Below are positions 9,507-19,856 of a stretch of 44,636 nucleotides of DNA, in pieces. The DNA comes from Christensenellales bacterium (GTDB lineage: Bacteria > Bacillota > Clostridia > Christensenellales > JBMNTQ01). The translations under genes and the position numbers were made by a program. Under the pieces are notes generated by a model. The model made no database searches and was not told where the DNA came from. It was given only the letters and a program-made list of their open reading frames with translations. The stretch lies in NCBI GenBank assembly GCA_050945815.1, contig JBMNTQ010000002.1, positions 1-44,636 on the forward strand. The letters run 5' to 3'. Numbering within the stretch: the first letter of the stretch is position 1; every line of letters starts with the position of its first letter.

Positions 9507-10460
9507 TCAGCTTACCACAAACGGACAGGGCTGGCCGCTGAGCACGGCAATTAGATTATCCACCGACATCATAGCCATGCTGTCCATCGCTTCTGTGGTA
9601 TGGGCGCCGGTATGCGGCGTGGCGATGACATTGGGCAGACGCAGCAGCGGATTGTCTTGGGGCGGTTCTGTGGAAAAGGCATCCAGCCCAAGACCGCCTA
9701 GCTTGCCGTTCAGCAGCGCCTGGTAGGCCGCAGCTTCATCGATGAGACCGCCGCGGGCCGTGTTGATTAGCACGGCGCCTTGCTTCATGGAATCGATGGC
9801 GGCGGCGTTGATTAGGTTGCGGGTTTGGTCTGTGACCGGCAGATGCAGAGTAATGAAATCGGATTGTTTGAACAGGCTGCTGAGTTCGACCAGCTCGCAG
9901 CCATGGGCTGCAGCCGTTTCGGCAGAGACGAAGGGATCGTAGGCCAGGGTTTTCATGGAGAACCCGGCGGCGCGTTGTGCGACCGCTTTGCCTACAGAGC
10001 CGAAGCCTAGGATGCCTAAGGTTTTGCCGTAGAGCTCGACCCCGTACCGGCGCGGCCATCGGCCGTCCTTGACCTGCTGATTGAGCACGCAGATGTTGCG
10101 GCAGGCGCAGAGCAGGAGGCCGAATGTTAAGTCTGCTACGGCTTGGGTATTGGCACCGGGGGTGTTGGTGACGGTGATGCCTTTGCGTTTTGCGGCGGCA
10201 ACATCCACCCGCTCGTAGCCTACGCCGTAGCGAGAGATGGCTTTCAGCGTGGCAGGCGCCTTTTCGATGACTTCTTTTGTGATGAAATCCAGGCCGGCAA
10301 TGTAGCCGTCTACCCCTTGGAGCACGGGGAGGATTTCGTCTGGCTGCATGGGACGGCCATATGGGTTGACGACCACTTCTTCGGCAAAGGAACGGAGCTT
10401 TTTGCCGGCCGGTGAATCCAGGCGGTTGGCGAAGGACGTTGCACTGACGAGTATTTTCAC
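9507..10460 (-). CDS. D-isomer-specific 2-hydroxyacid dehydrogenase (phosphoglycerate dehydrogenase-like)
   Basis: NAD-binding GILGFGSVGKAVA and catalytic-domain motifs (NTARGGLID, TPHTGAHT). The likely start is GTG 10460 (VKILVSA...), 7 nt after AAGGGGA. The track start 10487 lacks an RBS. Confidence 0.85.
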   Translation of the reverse strand: MKILVSATSFANRLDSPAGKKLRSFAEEVVVNPYGRPMQPDEILPVLQGVDGYIAGLDFITKEVIEKAPATLKAISRYGVGYERVDVAAAKRKGITVTNTPGANTQAVADLTFGLLLCACRNICVLNQQVKDGRWPRRYGVELYGKTLGILGFGSVGKAVAQRAAGFSMKTLAYDPFVSAETAAAHGCELVELSSLFKQSDFITLHLPVTDQTRNLINAAAIDSMKQGAVLINTARGGLIDEAAAYQALLNGKLGGLGLDAFSTEPPQDNPLLRLPNVIATPHTGAHTTEAMDSMAMMSVDNLIAVLSGQPCPFVVS

Positions 10461-10554
10461 AGATAATCCCCTTTTCATGTACTGCATTTTCTTCAGTATA
10501 ACAAATCGCTGGGGAAAAAAGAACAGGCGTACGGAAAAAGATAGCGGACGAAGA

Positions 10555-10594
10555 TTAAAAAGGGAAAGGGCCGCGCTTATGCGGCCTTTTCCCT
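10555..10594 (-). terminator. Intrinsic terminator after ribU
   Basis: Minus strand: AGGGAAAAGGCCGC-ATAAGC-GCGGCCCTTTCCCT followed by TTTTAA. Confidence 0.75.
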
Positions 10595-10637
10595 AGCGTT
10601 ATGAGTATGGTTTGTAGACAGGTAATAGACGATTGTG

Positions 10638-11207
10638 TTAGCGGGTTTGCTCGGTCTTTAGCTTTTTACAGGCCACATCGGTTTTTAGAAGCGAGGAGAC
10701 TGTTTTGTAGACCATGAACGTGACCGCACCGTTGAGCCCGGCTTTAATCAGGTTGAACGGCAGGATAACCGGGAAGAGCATACCCGTGATGGCTTCTACA
10801 GGCATACCTGTAAACAGCGGGGTGATGATCAGATTGGCGCCTGCCATGACGATCGTCATGGCTAGGGTGCCCAAGACAAGGGCAAAGGCGGCGTTGGCGC
10901 GGGTTTTCTTGCGGCGATAGACGTTGCCTGCTACCAGCACATAGGCGCCGGTGGCTACGATGTGCATCAGGATGCCGTAGACGCCGCTGCCTGCGCTGAC
11001 CGTTATCCCTTGGATGACCGAGGCGATGATGGTGAGGACCAGGCCGGCCAAGGGGCCAAAGGCGAAGGTGCCCACCAGGATCGGGATGTCTGCCGGGTCG
11101 TACTCGAGGTAGGGGGCGGCAGGGAAAATCGGGAAGTGTACCAGCCACACCAGCAGCACGGACAGCGCTGCGAACATGGCCATGGTTGTGAGTTTCTTGG
11201 TTGTCAT
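10638..11207 (-). CDS. ribU: ECF transporter S component, riboflavin-specific (RibU)
   Basis: 189 aa multi-TM protein of the ECF S-component type. It lies directly downstream of an FMN riboswitch. Confidence 0.85.
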   Translation of the reverse strand: MTTKKLTTMAMFAALSVLLVWLVHFPIFPAAPYLEYDPADIPILVGTFAFGPLAGLVLTIIASVIQGITVSAGSGVYGILMHIVATGAYVLVAGNVYRRKKTRANAAFALVLGTLAMTIVMAGANLIITPLFTGMPVEAITGMLFPVILPFNLIKAGLNGAVTFMVYKTVSSLLKTDVACKKLKTEQTR

Positions 11208-11231
11208 AGAACAAACCTCCTGTTTTTGATA

Positions 11232-11270
11232 GGAAAAAACACCTGTAAGACTTATGTCGTTCAGGTGTTA
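11232..11270 (-). terminator. Terminator of the FMN riboswitch expression platform
   Basis: Minus strand: AACACCTGAACGACATAAGTCTTACAGGTGTT followed by TTTTCC. Confidence 0.8.
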
Positions 11271-11301
11271 AATATCAGAACGGAGGTGATGATTTTCAAC
11301 A

Positions 11302-11418
11302 CATCTTCTTTCATCCAGACTGTACTGTCGGTACCGGAAATGAACCGGTTCGGCAACCGAATGGCCGCTCGCGGACTTTAACCGCCGGTCGGGAATTTCA
11401 CCCTGCCCTGAAGACATA
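11302..11418 (-). promoter_or_regulatory. FMN riboswitch (RFN element)
   Basis: Minus strand reads TCTTCAGGGCAGGGTGAAATTCCCGACCGGCGGTTAAAGTCCGCGAGCGGCCATTCGGTTGCCGAACCGGTTCATTTCCGGTACCGACAGTACAGTCTGGATGAAAGAAGATG. This contains the conserved RFN blocks (GGGCAGGGTGAAATTCCCGACCGGCGGT...AGTCCGCGAGC...CCGACAGT..AGTCTGGATG.AAGAAG). Confidence 0.93.
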
Positions 11419-11460
11419 CGCTATTTGTATTTTTTCACTTATTATTATAAAGCATTGTTA

Positions 11461-11505
11461 AAATAAAAGCAAGGGCCAACTTCGGTTTTTTTGAAACGGC
11501 CCTTG
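11461..11505 (-). terminator. Intrinsic terminator after the 1424-aa gene
   Basis: Minus strand: CAAGGGCC-loop-GGCCCTTG followed by CTTTTATTT. Confidence 0.65.
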
Positions 11506-11512
11506 TCTTTGC

Positions 11513-14500
11513 TTAACTAATATCTTTTTCCGCATGGGGAGCGGCCTTATCCTTGCCCAAATTCTCAAAGGCACTGTAGATCATTAGTTTGATGCGGTTG
11601 AGTTGGTTGACTTCGCTGGCCCCGGGGTCATAGTCTACCGGCACGATGTTGGCGGCGGGGTATAGGCGCCGGATTTCCCGGATCATGCCTTTGCCTGTAA
11701 CATGGTTGGGCAGACAGGCGAAAGGTTGGACGCAGATGATGTTGGGGGTGCCGCTTCGAATAAGCTCGATCATCTCGGCTGTGAGCAGCCAGCCTTCGCC
11801 GGTGGTGTTGCCGATGGATAGAACCTCTTGGGCGTATTGCCCTAATTGGCGGATGGATACCGGCGGATGGAAGTGGGTGCTTTGGCTGAGGGCTTTTTTC
11901 ATATGGCGGCGGTAGAATTCGACCAGCGAAATGGCCAGATTGCCGCCGATGGCGCTCCAGACGCTTTTGCCTAGGTAGCGGTGTTTGAAGTTGGTATTGT
12001 ACAGGCCATACAGGAAGAAATCCACCAGGCCGGGCACGACGCATTCGCCGCCTTCTTCCATGATCATGTCTGCTACATGGTTGTTGGCAGTGGGGTGGAA
12101 TTTGACTAAAATCTCGCCTACAACGCCTACCTGGGGTTTGATTTGGCCCGTTGTTTCAATGGCGTCGAAATCCGCCGTAATGGCGTAGAGGGCTTTTTTG
12201 AAGCCTGTGTAGTTGCCCTTGCGTACAATTTCCAGCAGGCGGGGACGCCACGTTTCATAGAGGGCGGAAACACAGCCCTGCTTGACTTCGTAGGGCTTCA
12301 TTTTTAGCATGACGTTCATGAAAAGATCGCCTATGACAATAGACATAATGGCCCGGTGGGCCAGACCCAAGGTGAGCTTGAAACCGGGGTTTTTTTCTAG
12401 GCCGGCGGTGTTGAGGGACACCACTGCCACCTGCGGGTAGCCCGCTTCTTTTAGGGCTTTTCGCAAGAAGGCGATGTAGTTGGTGGCCCGGCAGCCGCCG
12501 CCGGTTTGCGTGATGAGCACCGACGTGGAATCCGGATCCCACTTGCCGCTTAAAAAGGCGTTGACAATTTGGCCCACCACGATGATGCAGGGGTAGCAGG
12601 CGTCGTTGTTGACATATTTGAGGCCGGAATCGATGTCGTCCTGCCCGACCTTTTCCAGGATGACGACGTCGTAGCCCATGGGCTGAAAGGCTTCTTGCAG
12701 GAATTCGAAATGGATGGGCGACATTTGCGGCGCGATTAGGGTATGGCGCTTGCGCATTTCTTTGGTGAATTTCTTGCGTACCCAGGCTACAGGCTCGAAG
12801 GGCAGCCGCGGTTCGTGGGTTTTGACTTTCTCGTCGATGGCGGCTTTCAAAGAGCGCAGGCGGATTTTCGCAGCGCCTAGGTTGTTGATTTCATCGATTT
12901 TCAGCAGGGTATAGATTTTGTGGCCGCCTTTTAGGATTTCTTCTACTTGATCGGTGGTGACGGCATCCAGACCGCAGCCGAAGGAATTGAGCTGAACAAG
13001 GTTTAGCCCCGGGGTTTTCGCTACGAAGGCTGCCGCTTGATACAGGCGGGTATGGTAGGCCCATTGGTCGACCGCGCGCAACGGCCGCAACAACTTTCCA
13101 AGGCCCGCTACGCTGTCTTCGGTTAGGACGGCCATGCCGTAGCCTGTGATGATGGAGGGGATGCCGTGGTGAATCTCCGGGTCGATGTGGTAGGGGCGGC
13201 CGCCTAAGACAATGCCTTGGGCGCCGTTTTCCTCCATCCATTTAAGCGCCAGACGGCCTTGGCGGCTGATATCTTGTTTGAAATGGGCTTGTTCTTTGTA
13301 GGCGGCGCGTACGGATCGGGCTGCCTGTGAGCGGGTGATGCCGAAGCGCTTGAATTCGTCATAGACCCGCTGGATCATTTTCGGCTTATTGTCTAGGGCG
13401 AAGAAAGGGTTCATGAACAGGACACCGTCCTCGCGCAGGGCATCCATGTTGTTGCGGATGGCCTCGGGGTAGGAGGTGACGATGGGACAATTGTAGTTGT
13501 TGTCCGCTTCTTTGAACTCTTTTTGTTCGTAGACGACGCAAGGATAGAAGATGGTGCGGATTCCTTGCTGAAGCAGATCTGCAACATGGCCATGGGTAAG
13601 CTTGGCCGGGTAGCATACGCTTTCTGAGGGGATGGTTTCCATGCCTAATTCATAGAGGGTTTTATCCGAGCGGCCGGACAGGCGCACCGAGAACCCCAAG
13701 CTGGTGAGCATGGTGTGCCAGAAGGGGTAGTTTTCGTAGATGTTCAGCGCCCGGGGAATACCGATTTCTCCTAAGGGAGCCTGTTCTTTTGGCAGGGAAG
13801 GATAGGAGAACAGCCGCTTGTATTTGTAGGCAAAAAGGTCCGGCACGTCGTTTTGTGTGGTAGGGGCCCCTGAGCCCAGTTCGCAGCGGTTGCCGGAGAT
13901 AAAGCGGCGGTTGCCGTCGAAGGTGGACACCGTAAGCTGGCAATGGTTGGTACAGCGCTTGCACCGGGCCATCTTGCTGGAGGAGGTAAAGGAAGCTACT
14001 TGAGCGGAGGTTAGGATGGTGGATACAGCGCTTGACGAGGAATTGGAACGGGCAACCAGCGCTGCGCCGAAAGCGCCCATCAAATGGGCGATATCCGGGC
14101 GCACCACTTCGCGGCCAAGCTCTTGCTCGAGGGTGCGCAACAGCGCGTTGTTTTTGAAGGTTCCCCCCTGCACCACGACATGTTCGCCCAGCGCTTCGGG
14201 GCTTTTGATTTTCACAACTTTATAGAGGGCGTTCTTTATGACGGAATAGGAGAGCCCGGCAGAGATATCCCCTACGCTGGCCCCTTCTTTTTGCGCCTGC
14301 TTGACGCGGCTATTCATAAAGACTGTGCATCGGCTGCCCAAATCTACGGGGCTTTTCGCAAAGAGCGCTTCTTTGGCGAAGCTGGGAGCGTCGTAGCCGA
14401 GGGATTGGGCAAAGGTTTCGATGAAGCTACCGCAGCCGGAGGAACAGGCTTCGTTTAGCATGATGTTGTCTACGGCACCGTCTTTTATGTGTAGGCACTT

Positions 14501-15787
14501 CATATCTTGTCCGCCGATGTCCATAATGAAGCTGACATTTTTGTTGAAATACCGGGCGGCAGTGAAATGGGCGATGGTTTCTACCTCGCCGTAGTCTGCC
14601 ATGAGTGCGGCTTTGAGGAGATTCTCGCCGTAGCCGGTGGTGCAGGCGCCGCCAATGTAGGCGTCGCAGGGCAGTTTGTCATAGATTTCCCGCAGGATTT
14701 GCAGCGCGGCGGCTATGGGGTTGCCCTGATTGCTGGAATAGTAGGAATAGAGAATCCGGCCCAGGCGGTCGATCAGCACGGCCTTGATGGTGGTGCTGCC
14801 GGCATCGAGGCCTAGGTAGCAAGGGCCCAAGGCTTCGCTGATATTTGCTTGTTTGGCTTTGTGTTGGGCGTGGCGATTTTTGAAAGCGAAATAATCCTCT
14901 TGGTTTTCAAAAAGCGGCGACAGTCTGCGGGTTTCTTGCTCGGGATCGCTTGCGTCTTTTAATCTGTCCGGTAACGAGGAGAGCAAGAAGGGCTCGCTTT
15001 GCAAGGGCTGGTCCTGCGCCATCAGCGCAGCGCCCAATGCTACGAAAACATGGGCTTTTTCTGGGTGGATGATGTTTTCGCTTTTTAAATCCAGGGTTTC
15101 GATAAAGCGGGCACGCAGTTGATCGAGGTAATGGAGCGGACCGCCCAAAAAAGCCACATTGCCCCGTATGGGACGGCCGCAGGCCAGCCCGGATATGGTT
15201 TGGTTGACGACCGATTGAAAAATGGAGGCAGCAATATCCTCGTGGGCTGCGCCTTCGTTTAAGAGGGGTTGTACGTCGGTTTTCGCAAACACGCCGCAGC
15301 GGGCGGCTATGGGGTAGATGGTTTGGTAGGAGGCGGCCATACGATTCAGCCCTTGAGGATCGGTGTTGAGCAGGGAGGCCATTTGGTCGATGAAGGCGCC
15401 GGTGCCGCCGGCGCAGGTGCCGTTCATGCGCTGCTCTAAGGTGGGCTTCATGTAGGTGATCTTGGCGTCTTCGCCGCCTAGTTCCAGCACGACATCCGTT
15501 TCGGGCATGTAGCGTTGTACCGCACGGGAAGCAGCGACCACTTCCTGGACGAAGGGCAGCCCCAACAGCCGGGACGCGCTTAAACCGCCAGAGCCTGTGA
15601 CAGAGGCTTTGACCTTGCAGTCCGGATATTGACGCGCTACTTCCTCGAACAAGACATGCAGCGTTCCTTTAATGTCGGAAAGATGTCGAGAGTAGCTCTC
15701 GTATTGGATGGTGTGCTGCTGATCCAGCAAGACCAGCTTGACTGTAGTGGAGCCAACATCTAGCCCCAGAGTAAATGTTTGCGGCAT
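11513..15787 (-). CDS. Fused double BcrAD/BadFG/HgdC-type ATPase (activase) plus 2-hydroxyacyl-CoA dehydratase-like domains
   Basis: 1424 aa. Two ASKHA activase repeats ([11 protein letters not shown]...[10 protein letters not shown] and [11 protein letters not shown]...[10 protein letters not shown]). A Cys knuckle follows ([10 protein letters not shown]...GNRCELG), then HgdB/DUF2229-like C-terminal halves. Confidence 0.85.
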   Translation of the reverse strand: MPQTFTLGLDVGSTTVKLVLLDQQHTIQYESYSRHLSDIKGTLHVLFEEVARQYPDCKVKASVTGSGGLSASRLLGLPFVQEVVAASRAVQRYMPETDVVLELGGEDAKITYMKPTLEQRMNGTCAGGTGAFIDQMASLLNTDPQGLNRMAASYQTIYPIAARCGVFAKTDVQPLLNEGAAHEDIAASIFQSVVNQTISGLACGRPIRGNVAFLGGPLHYLDQLRARFIETLDLKSENIIHPEKAHVFVALGAALMAQDQPLQSEPFLLSSLPDRLKDASDPEQETRRLSPLFENQEDYFAFKNRHAQHKAKQANISEALGPCYLGLDAGSTTIKAVLIDRLGRILYSYYSSNQGNPIAAALQILREIYDKLPCDAYIGGACTTGYGENLLKAALMADYGEVETIAHFTAARYFNKNVSFIMDIGGQDMKCLHIKDGAVDNIMLNEACSSGCGSFIETFAQSLGYDAPSFAKEALFAKSPVDLGSRCTVFMNSRVKQAQKEGASVGDISAGLSYSVIKNALYKVVKIKSPEALGEHVVVQGGTFKNNALLRTLEQELGREVVRPDIAHLMGAFGAALVARSNSSSSAVSTILTSAQVASFTSSSKMARCKRCTNHCQLTVSTFDGNRRFISGNRCELGSGAPTTQNDVPDLFAYKYKRLFSYPSLPKEQAPLGEIGIPRALNIYENYPFWHTMLTSLGFSVRLSGRSDKTLYELGMETIPSESVCYPAKLTHGHVADLLQQGIRTIFYPCVVYEQKEFKEADNNYNCPIVTSYPEAIRNNMDALREDGVLFMNPFFALDNKPKMIQRVYDEFKRFGITRSQAARSVRAAYKEQAHFKQDISRQGRLALKWMEENGAQGIVLGGRPYHIDPEIHHGIPSIITGYGMAVLTEDSVAGLGKLLRPLRAVDQWAYHTRLYQAAAFVAKTPGLNLVQLNSFGCGLDAVTTDQVEEILKGGHKIYTLLKIDEINNLGAAKIRLRSLKAAIDEKVKTHEPRLPFEPVAWVRKKFTKEMRKRHTLIAPQMSPIHFEFLQEAFQPMGYDVVILEKVGQDDIDSGLKYVNNDACYPCIIVVGQIVNAFLSGKWDPDSTSVLITQTGGGCRATNYIAFLRKALKEAGYPQVAVVSLNTAGLEKNPGFKLTLGLAHRAIMSIVIGDLFMNVMLKMKPYEVKQGCVSALYETWRPRLLEIVRKGNYTGFKKALYAITADFDAIETTGQIKPQVGVVGEILVKFHPTANNHVADMIMEEGGECVVPGLVDFFLYGLYNTNFKHRYLGKSVWSAIGGNLAISLVEFYRRHMKKALSQSTHFHPPVSIRQLGQYAQEVLSIGNTTGEGWLLTAEMIELIRSGTPNIICVQPFACLPNHVTGKGMIREIRRLYPAANIVPVDYDPGASEVNQLNRIKLMIYSAFENLGKDKAAPHAEKDIS

Positions 15788-16069
15788 AGTATAATCCCCT
15801 AAGTATTTAAAAAATAACTATAAATAGCTACAATATTATATCATTATCATAGTGGGAATGCAAAATATTGGAGAGAATTAGTGGGTATTGTGTGCTGTGG
15901 GGCGGACCGGCCTTGCTTATGCTTATGTTGGCGGTCTGTTTATAATACACAAAGGGGGAGATTTGTAGCTGTTTTGCCGCCGAATGGTTGCAATCCTGTG
16001 CTCGGTGGTGCAAAATAACGGTAGGGAGTTGGGTTTTATTGAGTGAGGGGTTTTTTAAAGGAGATTGCT

Positions 16070-16537
16070 TTGCGATTGTTTACCGCTCTGCTGCTGGATG
16101 AGAAAACCAAATCGGAGATTAGCTCGTTGAACCGCGGTTTTACAGGCGGGGATGTTACAAGAAAAGAGAACCTGCACAGCACGCTGAAATTTTTAGGGGA
16201 GCAGGATGGCGTGGCGGCTGATCGTGCGGCTGAGGCGTTGGAGACGGCGCGAGGCTATGGTACGTTATATTTGCGAACCGGGGCGTTGGGCACATGGGGC
16301 CGCAACCGGGATTTGGTTTACTGTGCGCTAAAGGATGGGACGGGCAGGCTGTTCGGCTTGTTTTCCCTGTTGGAGCAGGCGTTTTGCCGGCAGGGATTTC
16401 CCAAGGAAACCCGGCCGTATGTTCCGCATATTACCCTGTGCAGGCGTTATGTGGGGGCTTGTGCGCTGATGTGCAGCATACGGCAAAATGGCCGGATTTG
16501 CTACCGGCCCCTTTATACGGTGGAACTGGAGGGATAG
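16070..16537 (+). CDS. thpR: RNA 2',3'-cyclic phosphodiesterase, 2H phosphoesterase family (ThpR/LigT-like)
   Basis: Two H-x-T/S-x motifs (HSTLKFLG and HITLCR). The likely start is TTG 16070 (MRLFTALLL...), 6 nt after AAAGGAG. The track start is GTG 16043. The C-terminal segment after the second HxTx is short. Confidence 0.75.
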   Translation: MRLFTALLLDEKTKSEISSLNRGFTGGDVTRKENLHSTLKFLGEQDGVAADRAAEALETARGYGTLYLRTGALGTWGRNRDLVYCALKDGTGRLFGLFSLLEQAFCRQGFPKETRPYVPHITLCRRYVGACALMCSIRQNGRICYRPLYTVELEG

Positions 16538-16544
16538 TTGTTTC

Positions 16545-19500
16545 ATGGAAGTATGCTATGTTTTGGGGAGAGCGGGCAGCGGGAAAACAAAATATTTGTT
16601 CAAGGAAGTGGAACGCGCGATCCAGCAGGGCAGGAAGGCTTTTTATATTGTGCCGGAACAATATGTTTTGCAGGCGGAGCGGGAGCTTTTGCAGGCGTTG
16701 GGGCAGAGGAGCCTGGTGGGCGCGGCGGTGCTTAGCGTGAACCGGTTGGCGGAGCGTGTTGCCGCGCAGGCGGGGCCGCTTTTGCGCGGCAGCATCAGCC
16801 CCCATGGCCTGGCTATGCTGGTGGGTACCTATGCGGCGCAGCTGCCGTTGCGCTATTATGGTGCGGTGGCACAGAAGCCGGGATTTTACGCCAAGATTGC
16901 CGAGCAGATCGGCGAATTGGAGCGGGCGATGGTCAGGCCGGAGGATTTGTTTGCTGCGGCGAAGAGAAGCTCGGGCCAAACGGCGGATAAGCTTTTTGAT
17001 TTGGGCCAAATTTATCAGGCCGTGCAGAACAAAATGGCGGGCCACTATCTAGATGGACATACTCAGATTGAAGAGATGTGTGAGAGACTTGGCGAGAGCG
17101 GCTATTTAGATGGGGCGCTGGTGGCACTAGATTCCCTGGAGGATCATTCGGCTCAGAGCACATTGTTTTTTTCGACGCTGTTGGATTGTTGTGACAAGCT
17201 GATGGTGGCGTTGCGGCTGGATTATTCCGGGCAGGCTCGGGATCGGGCAATCTTTTCGGCTCAGAGAAGGGCCTTTGAGGGCTTTCGCGAGGCTGCGGCG
17301 CAAAAGGGCGTCATGGAGCGCGTGGTGGAGCTGGATAATAGGACTGTGGTGCAAAAACCCGGGGAGCTTGTCCATCTGGAGGCCAACTTGTTTGCCTTGC
17401 CCTATGAGCGCTACAAGGAACCTGTGGCGGCGATTCATTTGATGGAGGCGCCTACGGCTACCCAGGAAGTGGAATGGATTTGCTGCCAGATAGGCGAATA
17501 TGCCCGCCGCTATTCTTATTCGGAGATTGCCGTTTTAGCGGACTTGCAGCACTATGGGGCGTTGTTTGAGCGGGCGTTTGAGCGTTATCAGATTCCGTAT
17601 TTTACAGACCAGCGCCGAAGCCTGGCCCATCATCCGGTGGCTGTGCTGACATCAGCCTGTTTAAGCTGCTGTGAGGAGGGCTTTTTAAGCCGCGACATGA
17701 TGGCTTTGATGAAGACGGGGTTTTGCGGAGTTGGCTTGGAGCAAGTAGAGCGGTTTGAGAATTTTGCTGCCAAGAGGGGCATTTTTGGGGCGCGCTATAA
17801 AGACCGCATAGACGGGGAAGAAAACGCGGACATGGAGCAGATTCGAGAGCAGATTATGCAGCCGTTGCTGACCTTGGCTCAGGAGCTGGAGCAGGCTGTG
17901 TCGGCTGTGGACATGGTGGGCGCGCTGTATGACTATTTTGTGCGCATCGATTTGAAGGGACAGCTGGACAGCAAAGTGCTTTCCCTGTATGAGAGCGGGC
18001 AGATGGATTTGGCGGAGGAATATGCTCAGGTTTGGAACCGGGGCGTGGTGGAGCTTTTGGAGCAGGCGCAGCATATATTTGGGGAAAACCCTTGCAGCAT
18101 CTCCTTGCTGCGCAGTGTATTGGAGACGGGCTTTGATTCTCTGACTTTGGGGATTATTCCTACGACGGTGGATGAGCTGATGCTGGGGGAGGCAGGCAAA
18201 AGCTATTTGCACAGCGTTAAAATTCTGTTTGTAGCGGGCCTGAACGATGCGCTGATTCCTAAAGCGCCGGAGCCGAGGATTGTAGGGGACAGCGAACGGG
18301 AAAAGCTTTTGGCGCTGGATTTTCCGCTGCTGCATACCACCCGCTTTGAGCAGGACATAATGAACCATCGTATTTATACGCAGCTTTGCAAGCCCCAAGA
18401 GACTTTGCATCTGAGCTTTGCTTTGGGCGCAGCGGATGGCGCGGGGTTGCGCCCGTCTATGCTGGTGCATAATCTTAAGGGGATGTTCCCGGCCCTCAAG
18501 GCCCAGGGGCGACCGGAGGATTTGAGCCTGGTATGTTGTGAGCGCGGTACTTTTTCTATGATGGTGGGGGAATTGCGCCGGGCAAAGGAGGGGGAGGCGG
18601 TGCATCCTGTTTGGTGGGATGTGCTGGATTACTACGAGAAAAACGGCTACGAGCGCCGCTGCGCTCTGGTGAGGCGGGCGCTGGCCGGAGAAAACAGCGC
18701 CAAGGCTTTGCCGCCGCCCTTGGCCCGGGAGCTTTTTGCCAAGAAGGGCTTGAGCGCTTCGCGGATTGAGGAATACAACCGCTGCCCCTACCGGCATTTT
18801 GTGCGCTATGGCCTAAACCCGTCCGAGCGGGAGGACTATGTTGTGGAAGCGTTGGATTTGGGGACTATTTATCATGATGCGATTGATGGCTATATTCGTC
18901 TGCATGGAGCAGACAAGCAGGAGATTGGCTTCCATGAGGCGCGAGAGCGTATGGAGAATATTTTGCAGCCGATTTTGCAGGAATATGGTGCGGGTATATT
19001 TGACAGCAGCGCTCGTTATCGGCATATGGCGGAGCAGGTGAAGCGAGTTGGCGCCCGCAGCGTATGGGCGATTAGCCGGCACATTGCGAAAAGCGGCTTT
19101 TTCCCTCTGTATAGCGAGGTGCGGTTTGGCAAGGACGGCAATTTCCCGCCGATTGTTTTAGACTTGCAAGATGGAAACAGGCTGGAGGTGAGCGGCCGCA
19201 TTGACCGGGTGGACGGCGCTACGATTGGCGGCCAGAATTATTTGACTGTGGTGGATTATAAGAGCGGGAATGCGGCGTTTGATTATGGGCAGGTTTATGC
19301 CGGGGTGCGGGTGCAGCTTTTGATCTATATGCAGGCCCTGCTTTTGGGCGCAGCCGACCGAGGGGAGGAAGCCAAGCCGGCGGGGCTGTTTTATTTTAAG
19401 GTGGACGATCCCCTCGTTTCTGCCGAAGTTGGGGGCAAGGAGGAAGCGGAGCGCCAGTTGCAGAAGGCACTGCGGCTGAACGGGGTTTTGCTGGAGGATG

Positions 19501-19856
19501 TGGAAGTTGTATCGGTGATGGATGAGAGCCTTATGACGGAAGGAGAATCTCGAAATATTCCGGTGCGTTTGAACCGCTTAGGCGGCTTTCGAAAAGACAG
19601 CGGAGCGTTGAGCGAAGGGGAGATGCAGGCTTTGCTTGGCTATGCCGAGGATTTGAGCAAGCGTACGGTGGATCGGATGCTGCGCGGTGAGGTGGATATT
19701 TTGCCGTTGCGGCTGAATGGGAAAGCTCCTTGCAGCTACTGCGATTATGCGGGGATTTGCGGTTTTGACGTGCGGCTTTCCAACCGGTATCGTGAGGAGA
19801 GAAGGCTTTCTAAAGACGAGTTTTTCCACAGGCTGGAGGGGACGCGGGATGTTTGA
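16545..19856 (+). CDS. addB: Helicase-exonuclease AddAB, subunit AddB
   Basis: 1103 aa from ATG 16545 (MEVCYVLGRAGSGKT...). C-terminal RecB-type nuclease with Fe-S Cys set (RCPYRHF ... CSYCDYAGIC). It overlaps addA by 8 nt. Confidence 0.93.
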   Translation: MEVCYVLGRAGSGKTKYLFKEVERAIQQGRKAFYIVPEQYVLQAERELLQALGQRSLVGAAVLSVNRLAERVAAQAGPLLRGSISPHGLAMLVGTYAAQLPLRYYGAVAQKPGFYAKIAEQIGELERAMVRPEDLFAAAKRSSGQTADKLFDLGQIYQAVQNKMAGHYLDGHTQIEEMCERLGESGYLDGALVALDSLEDHSAQSTLFFSTLLDCCDKLMVALRLDYSGQARDRAIFSAQRRAFEGFREAAAQKGVMERVVELDNRTVVQKPGELVHLEANLFALPYERYKEPVAAIHLMEAPTATQEVEWICCQIGEYARRYSYSEIAVLADLQHYGALFERAFERYQIPYFTDQRRSLAHHPVAVLTSACLSCCEEGFLSRDMMALMKTGFCGVGLEQVERFENFAAKRGIFGARYKDRIDGEENADMEQIREQIMQPLLTLAQELEQAVSAVDMVGALYDYFVRIDLKGQLDSKVLSLYESGQMDLAEEYAQVWNRGVVELLEQAQHIFGENPCSISLLRSVLETGFDSLTLGIIPTTVDELMLGEAGKSYLHSVKILFVAGLNDALIPKAPEPRIVGDSEREKLLALDFPLLHTTRFEQDIMNHRIYTQLCKPQETLHLSFALGAADGAGLRPSMLVHNLKGMFPALKAQGRPEDLSLVCCERGTFSMMVGELRRAKEGEAVHPVWWDVLDYYEKNGYERRCALVRRALAGENSAKALPPPLARELFAKKGLSASRIEEYNRCPYRHFVRYGLNPSEREDYVVEALDLGTIYHDAIDGYIRLHGADKQEIGFHEARERMENILQPILQEYGAGIFDSSARYRHMAEQVKRVGARSVWAISRHIAKSGFFPLYSEVRFGKDGNFPPIVLDLQDGNRLEVSGRIDRVDGATIGGQNYLTVVDYKSGNAAFDYGQVYAGVRVQLLIYMQALLLGAADRGEEAKPAGLFYFKVDDPLVSAEVGGKEEAERQLQKALRLNGVLLEDVEVVSVMDESLMTEGESRNIPVRLNRLGGFRKDSGALSEGEMQALLGYAEDLSKRTVDRMLRGEVDILPLRLNGKAPCSYCDYAGICGFDVRLSNRYREERRLSKDEFFHRLEGTRDV

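Noticed and set aside
15788-16042. AT-rich divergent intergenic region considered as oriC; it also holds a 45-codon Cys-rich ORF (GTG 15881..16018)
   Set aside because: I saw no cluster of TTATCCACA-type DnaA boxes; only isolated 8/9 matches lie inside coding regions elsewhere. The sORF has only a weak GGAGAG RBS and no recognisable motif, and it lies in a probable promoter region.
17685-18797. Long antisense/alternate-frame ORFs nested in strong genes. Examples: 17685..18797, 24227..25318, 37209..38126, 28295..29038, 26706..27422, 6359..7015, 22081..22662, 25625..26215, 16431..17045.
   Set aside because: All lie fully inside confidently identified genes on the opposite strand or in another frame. 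They show Arg/Pro/His/Gln-rich low-complexity composition typical of GC-rich antisense frames, and have no RBS or recognisable domains.
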